Under the pieces are notes generated by a model. The model did no database searches. It saw nothing but the letters and a program-made list of their open reading frames with translations, and was not told the origin of the DNA. From Botryllus schlosseri (Eukaryota), in contig CM119372.1 in assembly GCA_051294905.1 (NCBI GenBank), positions 38,132,001 through 38,196,000 of the forward strand: DNA of 64,000 nucleotides. The letters are read 5' to 3'. The stretch's first letter is position 1; each line of letters starts with the position of its first letter. The translations under genes and the position numbers were made by a program. Below, in pieces: positions 51,401 through 62,977 of this stretch.

Positions 51401-54400
51401 CGGAATCCCTGCAGCCAATTCGAAGTGTCCGGCGTGTGACTCGCTTGTTGATCAACTGTGCCAAGGTGGCGAGTCACAGGGCCGGACATCATCGGGGTAT
51501 CTGGGTCATTCGATTCCGAGTCCAGTGTTCGAGCACCACCTATTTTGACGCCGTATCATGACTCCTGGAGATACAGAACTTCAATATACACTTGAAATAC
51601 ATCTGGATATTTTCGGCTGGCGCTTGTCAAGACTAAGCGTCTGTAACTACTGTTGATTTCAAAAGAGTCGGGAGTTGCACTGGTATCAGTTTGTGTATAA
51701 TCTGCCATGTCTTTCACCTCTAAAATTCAAAATTTCGAAGCGGGTAACATGATTATTCGGTGATGCCACTGTTTATCGACAAAGCTCTTTAGAAATCTCT
51801 ACTGACGATTACCCCTGGCGAGTGTCAGACGAATGTATTCGGGTTTATTTCAGTATGTTTATATTATTCAATGGTATAATGACTTGAAGGGTTCAAATGT
51901 GGTATGTATTTTTCTACGAAACGATGTCGGCGATCCAAAATAATGATGGTGGTATTTCTGGGACACCATTTCGTAGCGCTTTTTGTTGATAAAATGTTAC
52001 CCTTGGTTTGAATGCGGATATTTTCTTTACTCGCGAAAAATGACTCAAACCATTACAATCAAGACTCGACTCTGAGACGGGTACTAGAATCTTTGTTCCC
52101 GGCACTACTCATCATCTCGATATGTAGGCTACGGTCCGACTTTCGTGGCTGCGAACGTCGATTTCATTTTGTCTGATCTTTTTGGCTGAGTGCAATGCAT
52201 TTCAAGTACAATGCTCACTTTTTCTGTCAAAATTAGTAAAAAATGATCTAGTAAGCTGCTTAAGATACCAATTCAAAATTGCTGCTCTTCAAAATGTATA
52301 TAAATGTCATCAATTCAAGTACAAGGGCATTTTATAAACTCCACAAACATGTACTCCTTACCAACTCGTGCTTTGACATTGAAAGCTTTGATAAAGACGA
52401 ATCTCCTTTCTCGTTCAGACCGCCTTCTGCCCATGCAAATATCATACGAGACGAATAGCCTTGAATATTTGCTTGTGAGAATGTGGTACTTTTAGCTACG
52501 GAATTGTAATTTTGCCCTGTTTGTTACTTATAAATACCAGTTGTACCGACCTAAACTAATCATGTTGCGAACAATTGATACTGTGTCACAATTTGGCATA
52601 ACATACCATGCCAGCCCTATGGTCTTGTCCTTCCCAATCATGCATTGAAAATTGTACTGAAGCAAAATACCTTATTCCAATAATCCGTCGGTGCTAATCT
52701 TGTATAATACAAACTATGCCTTTTGCAGTTCAAATTCTATATTCGATTCAATTTATGGCACAACGCGGTCTTTCGTTGTATAAGGAATTCAATGTGATTC
52801 GAATTCTTGCCTAATCACATGTTATCCTTGGATTGGCAATTTCCGTTTATTTGCAATAACATGGTTGATTGTATTGGTGATTTGGCTGCTTTGTAAAGGG
52901 TTTCACATGATTTTTTGGCATTATTGATGTTTAAAACGAAGTAAATTTCATTGTGGTAATTTTTCATTGTAATTTTTCATCATCAATACCAATTTGCAAG
53001 ATATTCTGTTGAGTTTGTTTTTCAATTTTCCGTCTATTGCTGCTGTTATTTTGGTTTGTAAGTTGTTGGAATCTGCACCATTCATGAGTACTTGAACAAT
53101 AATTGATGTGTTTTCTGTAGTGTTGATCATAAGAATTATTCCATTGGTATGGAAAGCTGCATTTCAACAAGAAATTGTTGGAGCGTGTGAGTTTTGAATA
53201 TATTTTATTATATACGAAGCTCGACTATGGCTAATTGGCTATTTCGTGCTGCTTATACCTGACTGATGGTTCTTCCAATTGCGTCTTTCGAACTTTAGTG
53301 AATCCCAAACGATATGGCCCAAACATTTAAAATCGCGATAACATTGACAAATATTAATATCATAGTCAAAAGGAGCTGCATGCACAAAACATGACTCTCT
53401 CAATATTTGCAGGGAGTTAATCGAAGTATTGGAATTTGCTGCTCTAGAGTAATGTACAAGGCACGTCTTTGAAAAGCATACAGGCTACATTAGCATTCAG
53501 CAACTAGTGTCTCACTACACTTGTAATGAAAAGTACATAACTATGGGTTAACTACCTACCATATCGTTGATTGAGAGTTACAGATTTTTTTGTTTTATAA
53601 AATGTTGGTAAGTTATTGGTTTAGATTTGTGAAGAATGTTTTTCTGTGCCTTCAGGTCACATTTTAATATCATTATGCAGGCGTACTCTTGCATTGACTA
53701 TTTATTAGAATTGTTGTGCCATTCGCGTTGATATTCCTTTGCTGCTTGCTACGGTTTTGAGTATCTGAAGTTCTGAGCTCTCTGCATGCCACAGTTATTC
53801 ATCTTATGCTCAATTGCATTGGCGCTGGTTTCAGTCACAGGCCCAACCTGATTTGATTTACTACAATAGCTTTATCCATTATGAAATTTTACCTTCATAA
53901 TATTGGCGTATTAAGCACAACTACTGCACCACAGGACTTGGCGGCTCCGCGCTAAGTTTTCTTTGGGGTAGAGCCTGCTGGTAATTAAGCAGCATCCCTG
54001 TGTATAGGATCTATTTTGGCCTCAACTTCCAGGAAAAATAGTTCATATTGGCATTCGGAAGTATTATGGTACCGGTTTTGGCTTCTTCAAATTTATAAAT
54101 CTTCGAACAGCGACAATTCTTATGTATCCAATAAGACGTTTTGCAAATGCTGGATTGCGGTATGTAATTTTTTTTTCAATTTTGAACGCAATTAATTGAT
54201 GCCGTCATGATGGTAAAATGGCACTATGTTCTCCAGCCATAGGATTAGATTTCCATCCATCGCTTGCCAGTTGTGTTCTGGACTCCCCCACGCTAGCATG
54301 CCATACATACAAATACAAATATCCGCCCTTTTTAACGAAATATGAATGCCAAGCCCTTGCGTGGTAAAGTTGAAACAGCCAGAACCCGTTTCATATCGGT

Positions 54401-54672
54401 CTCTATGTTGTTAGTGACAGATTTGTGGCGAAGTGTTGGACCTGGGGCCGCATAGTATTGAAATCATGCAATACGTTGTGATGTGAAAGTTTACTGGCAA
54501 TTTACGATTTCATCTCATGCGAGTGTATATCTACTGCGTGTTTTCTCGTTTGATCTTCGAATTTCGAAGTAGGCTTACCGAATATCGTGTCAAATCTGAC
54601 AGTAGTGGTTTAATCGCGAATAATGTGTGATTTTTGTTTTCGGGCTAGTGTCAAATCTAATCTATTTAAAAC

Positions 54673-55590
54673 ATGGCTCCTCTGGATTTGGATCGTATGA
54701 TCGAGGTGGAACGCGAGTGCAAATACTTGCCCGAGAACGACTTGAAGAAACTATGCGATTACGTTTGCGATTTGCTGTTGGAAGAATCCAACGTGCAGCC
54801 CGTATCTTCGCCAGTTACTGTGTGCGGGGATATACACGGGCAGTTCTACGATCTCCTCGAACTGTTCAGGACGGGGGGTGAAGTGCCGGAAACCAACTAC
54901 ATATTTATGGGAGATTTTGTGGACCGCGGATACTTCAGTTTGGAAACGTTTACTTATCTGCTCACTTTGAAAGCGAAATATCCGGATAAAATCACACTGT
55001 TGAGAGGTAATCACGAGAGCAGGCAAATTACGCAGGTGTACGGTTTTTACGACGAATGTCAAATGAAGTATGGCAACGCTAACGCTTGGCGTTACTGCAC
55101 CAAAGTGTTTGATTTGCTTACTGTCGCCGCTATCATCGATTCTTGTGTGTTATGCGTACACGGTGGTTTATCCCCCGACGTGAAAACCTTGGATCAGATA
55201 CGTACCATCGATCGTCAACAAGAGATTCCCCACAAAGGAGCGTTCTGCGATTTGGTTTGGTCCGACCCTGAAGACGTGGAAACCTGGGCTATCAGCCCTC
55301 GCGGCGCAGGCTGGCTGTTTGGAGCTAAAGTCACGAACGAATTCGTTCACCTCAATAATCTACGGCTGATTTGCCGCGCGCACCAGCTGGTTCACGAAGG
55401 ATACAAGTACATGTTCGATGAGAAGTTGGTTACCGTTTGGTCGGCGCCGAACTATTGTTACCGCTGCGGTAATATCGCTTCGATTTTGGTGATACGCTCG
55501 TCAGACGACAGGGAAGCGAAGCTGTTTCGCGCCGTTCCGGATAACATGAGGGTCATACCGCCTAGGAACACGGCACCATACTTTTTGTAG
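54673..55590 (+). CDS. PPP6C: Serine/threonine protein phosphatase 6 catalytic subunit, 305 aa, intronless
   Basis: MAPLDLD N-terminus, GDIHG, GDFVDRG, RGNHE, SAPNYC, C-terminal PYFL. Confidence 0.98.
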   Translation: MAPLDLDRMIEVERECKYLPENDLKKLCDYVCDLLLEESNVQPVSSPVTVCGDIHGQFYDLLELFRTGGEVPETNYIFMGDFVDRGYFSLETFTYLLTLKAKYPDKITLLRGNHESRQITQVYGFYDECQMKYGNANAWRYCTKVFDLLTVAAIIDSCVLCVHGGLSPDVKTLDQIRTIDRQQEIPHKGAFCDLVWSDPEDVETWAISPRGAGWLFGAKVTNEFVHLNNLRLICRAHQLVHEGYKYMFDEKLVTVWSAPNYCYRCGNIASILVIRSSDDREAKLFRAVPDNMRVIPPRNTAPYFL

Positions 55591-56719
55591 AGGGCATTGT
55601 GGCATTCAGAAGTATATTTATAAACCGTAATCGATCTCGCGAGGCCAGACACAGGCCGTGGATTTATCGCGCGTACAGGCCAACGCGATGGTGTTGACTA
55701 GGGCTGACCAAAATTGAGTACCTGAGCTGAATATTAAGCTTCCTGTATCACATACTGCGACGCTTTAACAGTAAGCCAGTAACAATGACTTGAAAAGTTG
55801 AGACATGTGATAATGATACGTCTCTTTTTTAAGGAAACAAGGACAATGATGCCAGTTACATGTCATCCAAATTAATTTGTATTTCATAGCGCCTTGTGTC
55901 TGTGTATAATGTATATTTGTAGCCTTGTGCAAGAAACATGCATTCGCTAACTGAGGTTTTGAGGCCTCGAAAGTATAGATAAAGCATTGAGAAATACATA
56001 TTCCATCCCTAGCGGTTATATCAAGGCTGGATTTCCGCTGTAATTCTACTTTTTGGACTGTGCTGATACGAGGTTGGCAGAAAATCTGTGTCGGAACTGT
56101 AGGCTACCTGCCGCGATACAGGATCGACATTAATTGCATGTCGACAGCTCATTCTTGTGTAAAGCTTGTTGCGATATATTTCACTCGTCATTTATTTTAT
56201 TTTTGTTGCGTATCTATTCAAGTTTGGTGTTTGACCAAATCGATACGTAATGATTCGTGCGATTATCGCCTTGATTCTAAAATGCTTCATAATTCACAAT
56301 GGGTTTGTGAGCTGTTATTTCTTATGGCGATGATAAATGCATACGACATTGACTATCCTTTGCATCGTCTTAGTTTCGAGGGTTGTCATTTAAGAAACAA
56401 AGCTTAGTAGGCAGGTTGGTTGGCATCACACGCGGACTATTGTCGGAGTATGATGTAATCTGAGTTTCTTAAATGAAAGGAGTGAAGGCAAGGCCATAAT
56501 ATATAAATGAGTATCAGGGCGGAGTGGAAATAACTTTATTTTTCAAATCGAAAGAAGGGGGTCCATAAATCCAAACAAATGACCTGAAACTTCAATAAAA
56601 ATTGAATTTTCCAGTTATCAACCCCCAATTTCTGCGTAACACGGGGTAAAATTGGCCGTCTCGACAACCACTGGTTGTACATGTACATTGTACAACAGTC
56701 ATAATATATAGCTCAAAAG

Positions 56720-56880
56720 CTTCCAAAACATCATTTTCTATCTGGAAAAAGCAAGCGACTAAGATGGGATGACATGTCATGGAAGGCGATATCAAAAGGT
56801 CAGGTCGTGGTCCGGTAATCTTGATGGCGGGCTAGTATTCATGTAGTAGAAATTGCTTGTAGTTCGACTTGAAGTCAGTT
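56720..56880 (-). mobile_element. CR1/L2-like LINE 3' fragment
   Basis: Minus strand FKSNYKQFLLHEY* followed by the shared CAAGATTACCGGACCACGACCTGACC motif. Confidence 0.65.
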
Positions 56881-57402
56881 TTTCGGCGATCCTTCAAACG
56901 TCGTTTCTTGTCTTATCTTCCGCTTTATTTATTTGAGTACGTTCTTCGTCGGGCGTCTTTTCAGGGCTTTTTTTGTCGCCGTAAGCATGACGACAAGAGG
57001 AGTCCAGATAAAACGGGTCGCGACGCAGAATTGAAACCATCTCGCCTGCGTAGTGGTGACACTTTTACCAATGTCAAATTGGGTTTGCTCTCTAGAAAGT
57101 ATGCGAACCACTGCTTAAAAGCTACGAAATGAATGTAGTACACAGTGTTCATAAATTCATTATCCGTAAGATAAAAATCCCTAATTTTACTACATAATAA
57201 ATGTGACGACAAATCATCGAACCGTCACGCCGACAACAAATGCACATCGCAGTGCACATGAATGACATGCTTGATGAGTGATGTGTCTGCTGACTCTGCT
57301 GTCTGATATCGTAGCGCTTTTTGCCAAAATGAACCGTAAATATGTGATGTGATCAGGAAGTTGAAGTATATAGAGAATAGTAATAGAGCGATACAGTTGA
57401 GA

Positions 57403-58977
57403 ATGATCCTTAAATATAGTTTGGACGTTATCATTCCGTTGCGTGCGCTGCTCCGATTACAGTCCTACGCTGTAAAACGCAACGTCAGGTCGAATGTTCC
57501 GAGGAGAATTCCATGGTGTATGTCATCTCACAGCTACTACACGGATCGTTACGATCCAAAAGATGACGACTATGAGATCGATTACTATTCTACCGAAGCG
57601 ACAAAACCGGGATCACTAAGACTTGGAGATCATAATGTTTTTGTATTGCAACCAATTATTCTCGGGAGCAAAAGGTCGCCTATTTTGTCCGACACTTCGG
57701 CTGAATTGCAACTGGCAGAATCTGTTGCATTGGTAGACTGTATTCCGGACTGGAACGTGACTGGGACGTTGATTCTTTCGACTTCAACACCCACAGAAAG
57801 GAGTATTTTCAGAGGAGAAAGGTTAAAAAGACTATGTCACGCTATAGCCTCTAATCAAGAAACGTCTGCCATATTTTTAAGCATGGACCGCATCAACTTA
57901 CTTCAAAGACAAGTACTGACGAAAGCTACAAATATTGACAATATCTTTGATAGATACACTCTGGTGTTGGAAATATTCCGTTTGAGAGCACAAACGAAAC
58001 AAGCTAAGTTACAAGTGGCGTTGGCGGAAATACCGTATGTGCGCGCCAATCTCAAATCTGAAATCACAACGTACAACAGACAAGGCGGTGGTCCACGCGG
58101 CGTTGGACCAGGAGAAAAGGCGTCTGAATTGTTGTTAAGACGATTTCGTTCCCGTGAACAAAAGATTAGAAGCAAACTTGAGCTGTTACGTAAAAGGCGG
58201 ACACAACAGAGGGAAGTTCGAAAACGTTCACAACTCCCCATCGTAGCTGTTGTCGGGTACACCAATGCAGGTAAAACCACTCTCATCAAGGCACTTACAA
58301 AATCCGAAAGACTATCTCCAAAAGACCAATTGTTCGCAACACTAGACGTAACCACGCACGCGGCCGTAACAAACCAAAACATGAAATACCTTTTAGTCGA
58401 CACCGTCGGATTCTTGTCAAACTTACCGCATTCGTTGATAGACGCATTTTCGGCCACTATGGAAGATATGCTTCAAGCTGATATTATTTTACATGTATGT
58501 GATATTAGCCATCCAGATTATCAAAACCAAAGAGTTAACGTACACAGAGTACTGCAAGATCTTAAATTACCGGATAATTTAAGGTTAAATATGATCGAGG
58601 TACAGAATAAGATTGATTTGCTTGATCAGAATGACCAACAAGATGGCGTGTCCTCGGGTTATACAAATTTTGCAAATGGTAACAAGAATGTACTCTGTGA
58701 ACCATCGAAAGTATGTTCCATTTCTTGCACTTCGGGTATAGGACTTGATTATCTTGATGATATACTGCATGATAGTATCGTTCAAATCACTGGTGGGCGA
58801 ACAATCAAAGTTAAGGTGCCGGCTTCCGGAGACCATCTTAATTGGTTTGAGGAGTATGCGACTGTTTCATCCTACTACGTTGAGGGTGATTATCATTTTA
58901 TTATTGAAGTTACAATATCGAAAGGCATGTGGAACAAGTTTAAAGCCAGATATTATGATTACGAAGTGGTTCAATGA
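57403..58977 (+). CDS. GTPBP6: HflX-family GTPase GTPBP6, 524 aa from the first ATG, intronless
   Basis: FDRYTLVLEIF..RAQTKQAKLQVALAE, G1 GYTNAGKT, LFATLD, DTVG, NKID; basic N-terminus compatible with mitochondrial targeting. Confidence 0.93.
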   Translation: MILKYSLDVIIPLRALLRLQSYAVKRNVRSNVPRRIPWCMSSHSYYTDRYDPKDDDYEIDYYSTEATKPGSLRLGDHNVFVLQPIILGSKRSPILSDTSAELQLAESVALVDCIPDWNVTGTLILSTSTPTERSIFRGERLKRLCHAIASNQETSAIFLSMDRINLLQRQVLTKATNIDNIFDRYTLVLEIFRLRAQTKQAKLQVALAEIPYVRANLKSEITTYNRQGGGPRGVGPGEKASELLLRRFRSREQKIRSKLELLRKRRTQQREVRKRSQLPIVAVVGYTNAGKTTLIKALTKSERLSPKDQLFATLDVTTHAAVTNQNMKYLLVDTVGFLSNLPHSLIDAFSATMEDMLQADIILHVCDISHPDYQNQRVNVHRVLQDLKLPDNLRLNMIEVQNKIDLLDQNDQQDGVSSGYTNFANGNKNVLCEPSKVCSISCTSGIGLDYLDDILHDSIVQITGGRTIKVKVPASGDHLNWFEEYATVSSYYVEGDYHFIIEVTISKGMWNKFKARYYDYEVVQ

Positions 58978-59170
58978 TACTACGTGTTTGCTTGTACACT
59001 TGTGTTTTCAATTCCATATCACTGTTCATGGTCTTTGTAAGCTGATTAAGTAGAAGTATCAAAATCAGTTTGAAAATTGAATCTTGCCAAGTCATTTCTT
59101 GTCGGATGCTTTATGCTGAATGTTAACTGGGGATATTAACACACAGTTGTTGTAATGTAATGGTCTAATT

Positions 59171-60499
59171 CAGTGGTTCCCAACGTGGGCGATATCGCCC
59201 CCCAGTGGGCGATTTGTCGGTCCAGGGGGGCGAAAATAGCCAAGGGGGCGATAGGGGGGCGAAAATGGACGAAGGGGGCGATGGCGCATTGAAATGCTGT
59301 ATTGGCGTTCATGACCGTAACTGTCACACCCAACCTCCCAATTGGGATGGGGGGCCCGAGCTCGAAGGGGTCTCATAATTTTTTTGTGAATTAATATTAA
59401 TTATAGAGTAATATTTTAGAAATTTAGGCAAATTTTTCAAAAAATTCTCGCGCTGCGCGCCATTTTCTGGTCGCTTATTTCTTGCTTATTGGATACCCTT
59501 CCTTCAAGAAATTATACGCATGAGTTATAGAAATGGGCATCTCGGCGTCAGCCATTATCACACCATGACGCACCAAGACATATGAAGTTTTGGGTCATGT
59601 AACATGCGACTCAGAGAAAGAGTGCCAGAACGAGAAAACCTTGGCGGAAAAAGACTGCTTTTAGGCTGACCGACTTCAATATATATATACGATGTACATA
59701 TATATTTATTCGCCCATAGGCGCCTAAATGACTGGCGCCCAATGTTCCTGTCCTGGCAATCAGAATCCCACAAAAAAATGCCATCTCGCAGAGAAAAATT
59801 AATTGCCAGTGCAGAAATACCAATTTGAAATCGTGTGCATCTTTTAGTTTAGTACGCATTGGCGATTTGAATATCTTTCAACATAGCAGACAGGCCACGA
59901 AATATCATTACGTAACGAAGTCATTATACCCACGGGTCCGCCCGAATATGTTCAATTATTGTTTACGGGCCCTACATTTTCCAAGACACCTCACTCGGCT
60001 TTACCGGTATATCTGAATACATGAGCAGAGAGAGATAAAAATTGAAAGCAATATCTATGCAATTCCCAATCATATTGACCGATCCAATCATGAATGGTTG
60101 AAATTTGAAATAACTAAAGAGTTCAACAATTTGCGCTAAGAAGTAGCGGTAAAGAGGTATCGGTGGAGTTGGGTCTGAGGGGTGCAGAAGTTTGCTTTAT
60201 CACCCTATGGAGGGGGGTCAAGACCAACGCATTGGGGGGGGGGGGGGGGGTGACGAACTTTTGTTACGATCCTTTTGGAATCAAGTCGGAGAAACCACCT
60301 TTTAGTTAGCGAACTCACCAACATTCAGTTGGAAAAGTGTAATTTCGAGGTCGAGCCGAGAAGTTGACCTTTTTTCTTAGTCAAATCGCCGGTGATTTCA
60401 GAATTTATGCCCATTTTTTGGTTCCCAATATTTGCGGGGCGATGATCGGTGTGGAGTTTGAAAAGGGGGCGATGAGTCGAAAAAGGTTGGGAACCACTG
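59171..60499. mobile_element. Buster-type hAT MITE with composite cargo
   Basis: TIR CAGTGGTTCCCAAC/GTTGGGAACCACTG; perfect TSD GTCTAATT; interior homologous to 33474-34800. Confidence 0.9.
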
Positions 60500-60992
60500 G
60501 TCTAATTTGTAGAACTACTCAAACTACTTTTTGAAATCTAGATTGCTACTTGTACTTAGCTCTTAGAATATATAATTTGAGTAATATTGGAGTGGAATTT
60601 TAAAGTGCTTCTTCCACTTGGGTGCCATCAGTAACTATCTTCGAAAGAGGTATTCTGGACTCAAATTAGTAAAAATCAATTCTGCATCATCTTAAATACA
60701 TTCATGCCTTTGTTTGCCTCTGGTTCCCACTATGATTGAAGTCTTCAAGCGATACACCTAATCTTAAAAGAAAACATCCTGATTTATATAATGAATTTCG
60801 ATCATAATTTGGTTCTGACATAACTGAATTGCATTAGATTCAAGTCTTGTGGGTATCTTGACCGTAAATCTGTTATTTCTGAATTGATGCACTCCTCATT
60901 TTTGCACTTTTCCACATGCTTCAATGTTGCCATTTCAAATTTACCCCGCTGTGAATTCATTTATTGGATATCTAGGTGTTAATATATTAGCA

Positions 60993-61823
60993 ATGTCTTC
61001 TGCTACGTACGACGATACATTCGGATCATACCAGCTCGCATCCCACGACCCGCTTATCGGACTGAAACGCTCAAAATGTAAAAAATGCAACTGCTCCAGG
61101 ATGTACTTCTGCTACAAATGTCACACGTATGTTGATAGCGTGGACGAAGCAAAGATGCCTAAGATGGAACTACCTTGGAAGGTCGACGTTATAAAGCATG
61201 CGAAGGAAGTGGATGGAAAAAGCACAGCTATACACGCCGCCCTGCTGGCTCCAGATCATGTCAAAATATACACCTACCCTACTATTCCAAGCTACTCAAA
61301 AGAGGATAAAATTTTGCTTGTATTTCCTGACAAGAAAGCATCAACGATGGAGGAAGTTTTCGGCGGAAGTAGTGCTGCGCCTGGAAGCAAAAGAAAGAAT
61401 GATACAGATGTCTCTGATGTTTCACCAAAACGCATCAAAAGCGACAGTGTCAATAAAAGTGTCATTAAATCGGCAGAGGAGGATTTTAAAAAAACAAAAT
61501 TGTCTGACTTCGATAAAATTGTCTTTATCGACTGCACTTGGAGTCAGGCGTACGGCATTTTTACGGACGAAAGAATTCGAAATCTTCCTACTGTGAAGCT
61601 AAGCGATCAGAACACAGTGTATTGGCGCCATAACGACGAAATGCCATTCACGTTTCTGGCCACGATTGAAGCTATTTATTCCTTCCTGAAAGTTAGTCAC
61701 GAACTGGCCTGCGGAGAGTATGACGGCAGATATGACAACATGCTGTACTTTTACAGTTACTTTTATAAATTGGTGCAGAACGGGGCTCAGAAAACGAAGC
61801 AGAAATTGAAAAAGGAAAAGTAG
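60993..61823 (+). CDS. DTWD1: tRNA-uridine aminocarboxypropyltransferase 1 (DTW domain protein 1), 276 aa, intronless
   Basis: RSKCKKCNCSRMYFCYKC zinc motif, KHAKEVDGKSTAIHA, FIDCTW, LATIEAIY, YDNMLYFY. Start at 60993 is inferred; the in-frame ATG at 60924 is possible. Confidence 0.93.
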   Translation: MSSATYDDTFGSYQLASHDPLIGLKRSKCKKCNCSRMYFCYKCHTYVDSVDEAKMPKMELPWKVDVIKHAKEVDGKSTAIHAALLAPDHVKIYTYPTIPSYSKEDKILLVFPDKKASTMEEVFGGSSAAPGSKRKNDTDVSDVSPKRIKSDSVNKSVIKSAEEDFKKTKLSDFDKIVFIDCTWSQAYGIFTDERIRNLPTVKLSDQNTVYWRHNDEMPFTFLATIEAIYSFLKVSHELACGEYDGRYDNMLYFYSYFYKLVQNGAQKTKQKLKKEK

Positions 61824-62271
61824 GCATGCACCGATACGGGGTCTCTAAAGCTCATAATGCTCAAAGCTATAAATCCAATAATGTCGTGTAATGAGCCGCT
61901 TAGAAACTGCCCTTTTCATGGATGAATTGGGACAGAAAATACCTCGGTCAAAATCTGCGTATACTTGAGCCTGCTACTTTTAATGTTGCTTTTCAACGCG
62001 AAAAAGCATTTTTACAAATTAGGGATGTGGTCTTTAACTCGGAGGACTTGTACGTCAACTTGTTAGAGCACTCGAGTGTGAATGCTTTTGTAGCTTTGAT
62101 TGAATATTTTCATAAGATTTTATGTCACGATGCTGTCATTATATGTTACTATCATCTTGATACTTTCAGGTGACTATCATGCCTGTAACACTGAAAAATG
62201 TTTTCATTGTTAAAATTTCAGGATTGTTTGACATAAACTAATCTGAACTGTGAATTTCATCACTATTAGGG

Positions 62272-62651
62272 CTGTGGTTCTCAAACTGGGGGACGTGAAA
62301 GTATCTGAAAGGGGGTATGAAGTCGCCTGAGGGGCATGAAGTTTGTTGAACTCGGAATGAGTTTGATTAGCGCTGACGCTTCTAAGTCTCAAAAGCAGCA
62401 ACGATCCTCATTATATTACAATTTGAAATGTATGCTGCGACATTTGCGATATACATCCAACTCATGACTATTGCTCCATGCGCAGTCTGAAAGTCGTATT
62501 TGAGAGTTCTCTCGAAATGCTTAACTACGCGTTGGGATTGTAGACTTTCTGTTGATCCAGTTTAATGATTTTTTAGACATGACGATAAATGGAGCGCAAA
62601 ATTTTTCACTGTCTTAAAGGGGGTGTGTCTAAAAAAGTTTGAGAACCACTG
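62272..62651. mobile_element. Degraded Buster-type hAT MITE
   Basis: CTGTGGTTCTCAAACT/AGTTTGAGAACCACTG; TSD not preserved. Confidence 0.65.
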
Positions 62652-62977
62652 GTTTTGAGAATGTAATAGATATTCCGTACTGTCGTTTGAAAAAAAGTAA
62701 TTAACACATTACTATATTTGCACATAAATGTTATGTACCATGGAACTTGAATCTACATGAGGAAATCTATAGGACTTTCGTCAATCATGATACAATACAG
62801 GAACTGTCAATGTTACCAATATGACCATAGGCGTAATTCTTTTCGTCTTACGTACTAGAAATAGGCGAATTCCTGTGGAATGCCAATTTTTTTGTGCATT
62901 ACAGATCAAATACTTTCTATTGCAGATTTCTATGTAGCGATATCTGACTATATTTTCACTAGTCACTCATTTCCGAG

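Noticed and set aside
55567..55590. PPP6C C-terminus TAPYFL instead of TTPYFL
   Set aside because: Single substitution; the terminal YFL is intact and significance cannot be judged.
57903..58457. Long antisense ORFs over genes (e.g. 184 aa opposite GTPBP6, 154 aa opposite HTATSF1)
   Set aside because: Shadow ORFs of real coding sequence; no recognisable motifs.
61365..61500. Low-complexity basic insert in DTWD1
   Set aside because: A variable basic loop at this position also exists in vertebrate DTWD1; not unusual.
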